The notes below the pieces were generated by a model that made no database searches, was not told where the DNA came from, and saw nothing but the letters and a program-made list of their open reading frames with translations. The position numbers were made by a program, and so were the translations under genes. This document shows, piece after piece, positions 57,660 through 64,000 of a stretch of DNA of 64,000 nt. Each line of letters starts with the position of its first letter. Positions within the stretch are counted from its first letter, which is position 1. Origin of the DNA: a virus; IMG/VR virus record IMGVR_UViG_3300026076_000001; one strand, written 5' to 3'.

Positions 57660-57733
57660 TTTGTTTCTCCTGGAGAGGCCATTCTATTATAAGTCTAAAA
57701 GTTTTGTAACCTTTTGAGTCTAGAGTCTCTTGT

Positions 57734-58216
57734 TCAAGACTCGACCAGAGTCCCAAACGATCTCCTAATCTCGCGTAACTCTTCAAAGTTCTTTTGTTTA
57801 GTGCCACCGTCATACTCCCAAGCATATCCTTCTGTGATCATCTGTTCATTCAGAGAAATCGTGGTGTCATCAATATATAACCAACCAAGAAGACGACCAT
57901 ACTTACCAGTCCCACCAACAAGCTCAGTGCGAACAGAAAGTTCACCGTCACCATTGATAGTGTCTTCAAGTTTCTTCTTAAGCCAATTAGTCGCATCGAT
58001 ACCCAACGCTTTCTCTTCAAGATCACGTGTGCGTTTTTCTGGCGTGTCAACTCCAGCTACCCTTACTCGCTCCTTTTTATATAGGTCGAAACCAAGGTCT
58101 ATAGTGACATCTATAGTGTCACCATCAAGTACTTTGTCGATTGAGGTCACTCGGAAGTTGTAGCAGCTCTTCCGACTCGGTGGTGTCATCTTGCCCATTG
58201 GGGTACCAATCATCAT
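57734..58216 (-). CDS. Staphylococcal-nuclease (SNase/thermonuclease) family protein
   Basis: VLDGDTID, RVRVAGVDTPE, KYGRLLG, LNEQMITEGYA. Confidence 0.88.
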   Translation of the reverse strand: MMIGTPMGKMTPPSRKSCYNFRVTSIDKVLDGDTIDVTIDLGFDLYKKERVRVAGVDTPEKRTRDLEEKALGIDATNWLKKKLEDTINGDGELSVRTELVGGTGKYGRLLGWLYIDDTTISLNEQMITEGYAWEYDGGTKQKNFEELREIRRSFGTLVES

Positions 58217-58301
58217 ACTTAAGTATGTATACGAGCACCACAGTAACAGCGATCAATAAAATAGCTATCATTATATTAACTGACCAAATGACTTCAGACA
58301 T
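58125..58301 (-). CDS. Small membrane protein
   Basis: Start MSEVIW; one TM segment. Confidence 0.5.
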   Translation of the reverse strand: MSEVIWSVNIMIAILLIAVTVVLVYILKYDDWYPNGQDDTTESEELLQLPSDLNRQST

Positions 58302-58407
58302 ATGCTTCAGCAGCAAGTCTAAAAGCTAATCCTAGAGAAACCCCCATTACTGTGAGACGACTCATCCACCACATTATCTCGTGCTTATTCTTATTAATGC
58401 GTTTCAT
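58294..58407 (-). CDS. Small membrane peptide (37 aa, MKRINKNKHEIMWWMSRL...)
   Basis: Translated by hand; coupled to both neighbours. Confidence 0.5.
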   Translation of the reverse strand: MKRINKNKHEIMWWMSRLTVMGVSLGLAFRLAAEAYV

Positions 58408-58571
58408 AGCTCCATCCCCATAGTGCAGTAGTCAATAAAATGAGGATGATCCTTTAGATAGGATACATCCTCTTTACTGTGTTCTATTGCTTCGTATGCG
58501 TCTTTTGCATATTCACAAATTTCATAGTGTTCCTGGTTATTGTCGTGATAACCAACAGTGTAGTGCGACAT
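58404..58571 (-). CDS. Small host-like protein (55 aa, MSHYTVGYHD...EICEYA.DAYEA...HPHFIDY)
   Basis: Translated by hand; resembles small picocyanobacterial/cyanophage proteins as I recall them. Confidence 0.6.
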   Translation of the reverse strand: MSHYTVGYHDNNQEHYEICEYAKDAYEAIEHSKEDVSYLKDHPHFIDYCTMGMEL

Positions 58572-58599
58572 TGGGATTACGATTATTTCGAGTCCACTA

Positions 58600-58776
58600 C
58601 TAGTTATAAGTGCTTATACCCCTATCTCGATGGGTGTGTGCTATCCCTAACTCGTGCATTTTAGCGTGCTCTGCAATGGGATCTTTCACAGTCTTACCGC
58701 CTGGTCCAAAGGTAAACCAAAGACCCACTCCTACTAGAGTTAGAAGGATTCCAATAATGACAAATACTATTATCAT
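58600..58776 (-). CDS. psbN: PsbN-like membrane protein (58 aa) with His-rich tail
   Basis: TM, then FTFGPGGKTVKDPIAEH (PsbN pattern ..FG..SK.L.DPFEEH). Confidence 0.55.
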   Translation of the reverse strand: MIIVFVIIGILLTLVGVGLWFTFGPGGKTVKDPIAEHAKMHELGIAHTHRDRGISTYN

Positions 58777-58928
58777 AATAGTATAGCCCCTATGATGAAA
58801 CCTTTAGCAAATGAGATGCATAGCATCTTATAGTTGGATAGTTTGAACTTGCGTTGAAATTTTTCAGCAAGATCTCTATCCCATCCGACTACCTTGTCGA
58901 ATGCATTTTTAATATTTAAGTTCCACAT
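58773..58928 (-). CDS. Small membrane protein (51 aa, MWNLNIKNAFDKVVGWDR...)
   Basis: Translated by hand; TAATG and ATGA coupling. Confidence 0.55.
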   Translation of the reverse strand: MWNLNIKNAFDKVVGWDRDLAEKFQRKFKLSNYKMLCISFAKGFIIGAILL

Positions 58929-59332
58929 TAGTAACCTAGTTTGTCTAGAAAGAATATAGCAGTATAAGGGTGACCATTGCTAGATGTCAAGACCTCTATA
59001 GGACCATCAGCAGTGTCTTCTAGAACACCACTACCAGCAAGGTTCATCTCTCCACATCCACCAAGGATAATTGAAGTGGTACCACCACGCCCTACCTTAA
59101 CGTGCTTACCTCCATCTTGAGGCATTGAGTAAATAATTTTTGCGATATCCATTCTGGTAGGAACCTGTGTACGGGTTGCTACACCCTTACTACCAGCACC
59201 ACCAAATTCAGGGACACCTGATTCGACCACTACGTCATATGATAAATCTGACGGATCGATCGTAGTAGCATCTTCGGACGTAATCTTCACGACCGCTTGC
59301 TTTTGATTGTTTTTAAGAACGACTTTTGACAT
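58928..59332 (-). CDS. Hypothetical late protein
   Basis: CTAAATA at 59349-59355 upstream. Confidence 0.65.
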   Translation of the reverse strand: MSKVVLKNNQKQAVVKITSEDATTIDPSDLSYDVVVESGVPEFGGAGSKGVATRTQVPTRMDIAKIIYSMPQDGGKHVKVGRGGTTSIILGGCGEMNLAGSGVLEDTADGPIEVLTSSNGHPYTAIFFLDKLGY

Positions 59333-59334
59333 AG

Positions 59335-59496
59335 CTAGTCTTTATTTGTATTTAGATTTGACGACCATTTTTTGTGGGAGTATGCACCACCCTTCACTCC
59401 AAATGATCTCTTCGTATCATTTGATACCTTGTCTGAGATCGGTGTCATCTGACCCGATTCTTCGAGATCCTTTAGTATCGCTTTGAAGGGACGCAT
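59335..59496 (-). CDS. Small hypothetical protein (53 aa, MRPFKAILKDLEES...)
   Basis: Translated by hand; downstream of ATAAATA at 59522-59528. Confidence 0.45.
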   Translation of the reverse strand: MRPFKAILKDLEESGQMTPISDKVSNDTKRSFGVKGGAYSHKKWSSNLNTNKD

Positions 59497-59521
59497 TTCT
59501 GAAAATAATCCGCACTATAGT

Positions 59522-59538
59522 TATTTATGCTATAAATA
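59522..59538. promoter_or_regulatory. Back-to-back divergent late promoters
   Basis: ATAAATA on the minus strand (59522-59528) and TATAAATA on the plus strand (59531-59538). Confidence 0.7.
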
Positions 59539-59562
59539 AATGAAGGGTATGGAACAAAAACT

Positions 59563-60054
59563 GTGAAAAAGATTTTACTAATATTAGGAATATTTGCACT
59601 TGGTGGACAAGCTGCACGTGCAGATATTACTTCACGTATGACTTCTAGCGTACAGCTAACAGTCAATGCGGCTGCAACTCAGATGCAGAGAGTGGGAAAC
59701 TCTTATAGCATCTCTGGTAATAACGTGGACACAACTGATGGAACGACTGCCAACACAGTGAGTGCTGGTTCTATTAGTAGCGGTGTCTATGGTCCTGGAA
59801 CTATTTCTGTTGTTCAAGACGATCCAGGCGAGGCGTTTAGCTTCTCAACTTCGTTTATTCAAGGTGACGCTATACATACACAAGGGCCAGATGTAGGTGA
59901 TGTATCACCTTACTCCAACCAATTATCGACTGCTGCTGGATCCGCAGGATCCCTTGCAGGAACTGTAACTTCGCAAGGTGCCTTGACGGTAACAGCTGGT
60001 GGAGCTGGAACTACAGCTACTGGACAGTTTGTTACAGAGCTCCAAATCGACTAG
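59563..60054 (+). CDS. Exported Ser/Thr/Gly-rich beta protein 1
   Basis: Signal peptide MKKILL...ARA; genome-typical codon usage. Confidence 0.8.
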   Translation: MKKILLILGIFALGGQAARADITSRMTSSVQLTVNAAATQMQRVGNSYSISGNNVDTTDGTTANTVSAGSISSGVYGPGTISVVQDDPGEAFSFSTSFIQGDAIHTQGPDVGDVSPYSNQLSTAAGSAGSLAGTVTSQGALTVTAGGAGTTATGQFVTELQID

Positions 60055-60075
60055 TGAAGTGGAGGTTTTGGCAAA

Positions 60076-60558
60076 ATGAAGAAGAGGATTGCCCTATATG
60101 TGACTGCTGTGGTAAGTGCAAGTGTCGTTGCTGCACCTGCCCTGGCGGTCCCAGTGGTCCCCAACTTCCAGCAGGGCTCGATGACGAGTCATACCGAGAC
60201 TGAAAGCACAGTCACGGAGACAATAAATTCAATTGATTATCGTACAGGATGGGAATACTCAGTGACAGGGGTAGGCGTGGACAACAATGGCGAAGCCCTC
60301 AACCCCCCAGTGAACACATCAACAGTGACACTCTCGCCAACAGTAGGCACGGGAGAAGCAGCCGTAACGGGAAGTGTAACTTCTTCGTTCGATGCTATAG
60401 ACTTCTCCGCACAAAACAACTTCACAATCCACGAACCTGGAGCAGCGTTTCAATTTACCCAGACATATCAAGGACCAGGGATGACCAACCAGACAATAAT
60501 ACAAAGATTAACCACCGTAACGTCAGTCACAGACACAACTTCAACGTTTACTCAATAG
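60076..60558 (+). CDS. Exported Thr-rich beta protein 2
   Basis: SD GGAGG; signal peptide ...PALA-VPVVPNF. Confidence 0.8.
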   Translation: MKKRIALYVTAVVSASVVAAPALAVPVVPNFQQGSMTSHTETESTVTETINSIDYRTGWEYSVTGVGVDNNGEALNPPVNTSTVTLSPTVGTGEAAVTGSVTSSFDAIDFSAQNNFTIHEPGAAFQFTQTYQGPGMTNQTIIQRLTTVTSVTDTTSTFTQ

Positions 60559-61622
60559 GTAATGTCAGTGGAAGATTATCAAGAACCGCAGCCGCTTTAT
60601 GCGTCACTAGTGCTAGTTTGTTTTCTACTAGTTCTGCTCTCGCTGAAGGTGTTGGGGGCGTAAGTGCTACTGCCAATCCAATAGCCAATAGTTCGGGCTC
60701 AGTAACCAACCAGGCAATACAGGTTTTACAAGGTCCATACGTCACTAACACCTACGGTGGTGGGGTATCTTGTCAAGGTACGACTCTCAATATGACACCG
60801 TATTTACAGTTTGCAGATTCAAGGAAAGATCCTTGGGAAGATTTTTATAACGAACCGCAATATAACCTAACAGATCTAGAAGGAAGAACAGTACAACAAG
60901 TCGTTACTGTTAAGAACTACCCTTGGGAAACTTGGTATGATGACCGTACTAAGGCAGACGGTACTAGATGGTTTGAAGATGGAGATGATATACAAATAGA
61001 AATAGATGTACCAGCTGGTGATGGTGTACCTGATGTAGTAGGTAGTGGTGGTACTATGACCCCTACTTGGTATAAACCAATTAGAACAGATATGAGAGCG
61101 AATCAGAGTTTCAACGTAGGTATCTCTGCTACGCTTTCTATACCATTGAACAGAGGTATGCAACGTAAGTGTTCTGAAGCTGCAACAGCACAAATAGCAT
61201 CTGTTCAACAGTTGACTGCTAACAAGCGTTTAGACTTTGAATTAGCTAGACTCAAGAATTGTGGCGAACTCAAAAAAGCTGGTATAATGTTCCACCCTGC
61301 ATCTCCATACCACGCAGTATGTGCAGACGTTATGGTATCATCTCCTGGTAATAGAGTACTTCCACACGAGCACGAAATACCACAACCTACTTGGACGCAA
61401 CCTTCTTCTGACCAAACTTCAGAGGAAGCATCCCCTTCTTCTCTCGATACTGATTCGTCTTCTTCTCAGATAAAGTCGGACGGTACGGAGTCTTCCCAAG
61501 AATCTTCTGAACCTTCGCAATCGTCTTCTTTATCACAGGCTTCACAACTTTCAATAACAGATCCGCAATGGGTTTTGCAAGTAGGGCAGACGTTGTTGCC
61601 ACCGCAGCAATCGAAGCAGTAG
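60249..61622 (+). CDS. Exported protein 3 (start uncertain)
   Basis: Signal-like RTAAALCVTSASLFSTSSALA-EG; GGGVSCQG, C..AA...., ELARLKNCGEL; the only upstream ATG is deep inside gene 2. Confidence 0.7.
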   Translation: MGILSDRGRRGQQWRSPQPPSEHINSDTLANSRHGRSSRNGKCNFFVRCYRLLRTKQLHNPRTWSSVSIYPDISRTRDDQPDNNTKINHRNVSHRHNFNVYSIGNVSGRLSRTAAALCVTSASLFSTSSALAEGVGGVSATANPIANSSGSVTNQAIQVLQGPYVTNTYGGGVSCQGTTLNMTPYLQFADSRKDPWEDFYNEPQYNLTDLEGRTVQQVVTVKNYPWETWYDDRTKADGTRWFEDGDDIQIEIDVPAGDGVPDVVGSGGTMTPTWYKPIRTDMRANQSFNVGISATLSIPLNRGMQRKCSEAATAQIASVQQLTANKRLDFELARLKNCGELKKAGIMFHPASPYHAVCADVMVSSPGNRVLPHEHEIPQPTWTQPSSDQTSEEASPSSLDTDSSSSQIKSDGTESSQESSEPSQSSSLSQASQLSITDPQWVLQVGQTLLPPQQSKQ

Positions 61623-62289
61623 TTGTTACTGTAGGTATAGATGGTAGAAATTGCTCTATTGTTGGAACAGGTTCCCATATGGTTTCACATATCTTACCAT
61701 CAGGTGTCAGTTTATATTCTTTAACTTTCTCTGTACCCTCCTGATTCAGGTCTCCAATGCGTCTTGCATTGATTGGAGGACATTCTACCTCTTCTTCTCC
61801 ACCTCCAGCTGGAGGAGGATCTGGAGTCTCTGGGACGGGTGCATCAGGTGGATCCCCTGTATCTACTCCTCCTGCATCTGGTTGCTCTTGAGTAATAGTT
61901 TGCCAAGATAGTTCTCTATAATCATAGTCAGGTGGTTCATAATAAGGAGCACCAGCATCACACAATACTACATTTCCTTTAGGGTCATCATCGACCAGCA
62001 TCTTATTAATATTTTTTTCTTTAGCATTCTCCTTGTGTACCTTTACGCAACCTGGCATATTAACTATAGGAGTACCAGCTAGGACAGTTACAGGAACTGT
62101 TACTGGTATAGCTTGTGGTGGTTCTATTAACCACACACGAGCATCAGCAATACCTCTAACACCTATACGATTAATTCCTGTCTCTTCTGGTTTAAGTGTC
62201 CCAATAAAACGAATTCCAGTACCGTTAACTTGAATGTTAGGGATACTGGAATTGCTGCTATTAGGGATGAATGGAATACTATTTTCCAC
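61387..62289 (-). CDS. Conserved cyanophage Pro-rich protein with C-terminal membrane segment
   Basis: MPGCV, CDAG.P.Y.P, ECPP...KICE; overlaps the plus-strand gene convergently. Confidence 0.7.
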   Translation of the reverse strand: MENSIPFIPNSSNSSIPNIQVNGTGIRFIGTLKPEETGINRIGVRGIADARVWLIEPPQAIPVTVPVTVLAGTPIVNMPGCVKVHKENAKEKNINKMLVDDDPKGNVVLCDAGAPYYEPPDYDYRELSWQTITQEQPDAGGVDTGDPPDAPVPETPDPPPAGGGEEEVECPPINARRIGDLNQEGTEKVKEYKLTPDGKICETIWEPVPTIEQFLPSIPTVTTTASIAAVATTSALLAKPIADLLLKVVKPVIKKTIAKVQKILGKTPYRPTLSEKKTNQYREKKGMLPLKFGQKKVASK

Positions 62290-62545
62290 TTTGAGGTATC
62301 ACCTGTTTATAATTTTGAGTTGGTGGTTTTATTCCCTTCACAGGACCACTAGACTTTGGCCAAGCATTAACCAATTGTAAATATACTTCTTCTCTAACTA
62401 CCTGTCTGATTGCTTCTATTTTAGCATCTTCACGTTTCTGAGGACCACCAGTTTGTTGGTCGATGAGATGATTCCCACCGACCGTAGCACCAGTACCTAT
62501 AACTGCAGCTGCTGTTACTCCTGTAGTTACTTTTTGAAAGTCCAT
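62279..62545 (-). CDS. Small protein with N-terminal Gly/Ala hydrophobic helix
   Basis: GVTAAAVIGTGATVGG. Confidence 0.6.
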   Translation of the reverse strand: MDFQKVTTGVTAAAVIGTGATVGGNHLIDQQTGGPQKREDAKIEAIRQVVREEVYLQLVNAWPKSSGPVKGIKPPTQNYKQVIPQSGK

Positions 62546-62850
62546 TACCTTGGACCAATATCTCTAGTAGCAGGCCCCATTACTGGTGGAATAGATGCTT
62601 GATCTGGTGAGGGAGAAGGAGCAAGATCAGGAGCACCTAAGTTTCCAAAGTCAGGTTCTGCCATCTTAGGTACCATACCAGCACCACCTAGTGCACCACC
62701 ACCAACACCACCTAGAACGTTATCTAGTGCCTTCTCTTTAATGTCTTCTATGATGGCATCCTTTTGAGAATAAAGATAAAAACCACCACCAACAACGGCA
62801 CCAGATATAACGAAAGACGTAATAGCAAGTACATTAATAATTTTTTGCAT
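62545..62850 (-). CDS. Small membrane-anchored protein
   Basis: N-terminal TM; CTAAATA at 62873-62879. Confidence 0.65.
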   Translation of the reverse strand: MQKIINVLAITSFVISGAVVGGGFYLYSQKDAIIEDIKEKALDNVLGGVGGGALGGAGMVPKMAEPDFGNLGAPDLAPSPSPDQASIPPVMGPATRDIGPR

Positions 62851-62879
62851 AATAAATTTTAATACTCTGATCTATTTAG

Positions 62880-63500
62880 CTACTCTTCACAAGCGTCTGC
62901 AAAATCAGCAGCCATATTACCACCGAGTTCAGCACCTTGGTTTCCACCAAACATTGCTACCCAACCAGCAGCCAACCATCCTACGAATGGTATGCCTGAT
63001 ACAGCAGGTGCAGCAGCTGCTCCAACGCTAGTGCCTACAAGTCTTCCTGTTTGTTCACCACCACCGACTGCCTTTATACAGGCTTCGGTTTTAGCAGTTA
63101 CATTTCCATCTGCATCTGACTTACCTCCTGTAACAGCTAATGCAGCAGGGTCAATCCAAGCACTCCGTGTGGATACAGGTCCACCGTGATGGAACGCACC
63201 GTCCATTGTGTACTGTGAAACTACTTTCTTATTCTCATTAGCGAGTCCAAGGAACCCACCTTTCTCTTTAATTAATTCCTCTCTCCACATCACCTTAGGA
63301 TCGTTAGCACGATATGCTACTTTATATCCTTCCTCGTTTGCTTCTATATTATAAGCAGAATAAGGTCCGCTAGGTAAATTAAAATCAGGTAACTTACTAT
63401 TATTCTTAGTAGCAAGCATACCAATCATACCTATATGACTAATGCCTAGGAGACCGCCAGCTCCCAAAGCAAACCATTTTGTCCAGTTAATTTTTTCCAT
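62880..63500 (-). CDS. Membrane protein with C-terminal glycine zipper
   Basis: N-terminal TM; GGGEQTGRLVGTSVGAA...GIPFVG..AAG...FGG..GAELGG. Confidence 0.7.
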   Translation of the reverse strand: MEKINWTKWFALGAGGLLGISHIGMIGMLATKNNSKLPDFNLPSGPYSAYNIEANEEGYKVAYRANDPKVMWREELIKEKGGFLGLANENKKVVSQYTMDGAFHHGGPVSTRSAWIDPAALAVTGGKSDADGNVTAKTEACIKAVGGGEQTGRLVGTSVGAAAAPAVSGIPFVGWLAAGWVAMFGGNQGAELGGNMAADFADACEE

Positions 63501-63515
63501 AATAACCTCAAGTTG

Positions 63516-63932
63516 TTATAACGTATATTTTTTATCTGTGTCTTTAGGTGACTCAGCAATGATTTTTAATGGTGCTTGTTCTATAACAATAGTTTGTGTA
63601 GGACCGCCATTCTTTCCTACTCCATTAGGACCACCATTTCCATTCATTTTCATTGTACCGTCACCTTTCTTACTAGCTGTCTGAATTCCGAAGCTAGCTA
63701 AAACTCCAGTAAAAACTGAAGCTATAAAAGTTGGGTCAATTTTTTGTTGCGGAACTCCAGGAATTGCAACGTAATTTAAAGTCAATATACCCCCAGACCA
63801 CACTAGTACACCCAATCTCACGAAAGTGGAGATTATGGCAGCCTGTTCGTCTTCATCAGGTAGTATCTTGTCTTTTAGTTTCTGTAGTGGCCCTTTTTTC
63901 TCCACTAATTCTTCTTTAATTTCATCAGCCAT
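63516..63932 (-). CDS. Two-TM membrane protein
   Basis: VRLGVLVWSGGILTLNY...IDPTFIASVFTGVLASFG. Confidence 0.7.
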   Translation of the reverse strand: MADEIKEELVEKKGPLQKLKDKILPDEDEQAAIISTFVRLGVLVWSGGILTLNYVAIPGVPQQKIDPTFIASVFTGVLASFGIQTASKKGDGTMKMNGNGGPNGVGKNGGPTQTIVIEQAPLKIIAESPKDTDKKYTL

Positions 63933-64000
63933 CGGTAGTTTCCTCTACTTTTTTTAACATTTTTGCTAGTTCAGCAGTGCTACCAACAAACATAGTGTTG
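63925..64000 (-). CDS. gp16: Terminase small subunit, C-terminal fragment
   Basis: NTMFVGSTAELAKMLKK; position upstream of gp17. Confidence 0.7.
   Translation of the reverse strand, partial: NTMFVGSTAELAKMLKKVEETTDG

Noticed and set aside
57625-57825. 66-aa minus-strand ORF
   Set aside because: Overlaps the SNase 3' end and the promoter/SD of 57471-57659; no motif.
60562-60663. 33-aa hydrophobic ORF MSVEDYQEPQPLYASLVLVCFLL...
   Set aside because: Probably a by-product of overlapping gene 3's signal-peptide region. Kept only as part of the recoding finding, not called as a gene.
1-64000. tRNA genes, CRISPR arrays, group I introns, inteins, transposons
   Set aside because: No cloverleaf, regularly spaced repeats or interrupted core genes were seen. 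nrdA, nrdB, gp43, gp41 and gp17 appear continuous and of normal length. A tRNAscan/cmscan run would be needed to exclude them formally.

Overview
64 kb segment of a T4-like marine cyanomyovirus (Prochlorococcus/Synechococcus phage type). Nearly all genes are on the minus strand. Reading the minus strand from high to low coordinates: the 3' end of the small terminase (gp16); a variable island of small membrane proteins, a psbN-like gene, an SNase and a three-gene plus-strand secreted-protein cassette; gp17; the tail/head module (gp18, gp19, gp20, gp21, gp22, gp23, gp3); uvsY, uvsW, gp55, gp47, gp46; a VWA-metallopeptidase/MoxR-AAA ('cobS') pair; gp45, gp44, dam, gp62, regA, hsp20, gp43, uvsX, gp41, mazG; a late-promoter block (nuclease-like, ligase-fold and cytidyltransferase genes plus small structural genes); gp61, nrdA, nrdB; and an auxiliary metabolic cluster (pyrE, several 2OG-Fe(II)/cupin oxygenases, dUTPase-fold paralogs, talC, pebS, nifU-like, cpeT, porin-like). 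It ends in a manA-type structured RNA. I saw no tRNA, CRISPR array, intron or intein. The most notable observations: an adenylyltransferase/ligase-fold plus HxGH nucleotidyltransferase operon; a large secreted ORF with no usable start codon that lies behind a codon-skewed overlapping frame; several structured leaders and a repeated leader motif; a perfect antisense sigma70 promoter; an orphan Phd-like antitoxin; and apparent avoidance of CATG, CCGG and GCGC. All family calls come from motif recognition by eye, not from database searches.
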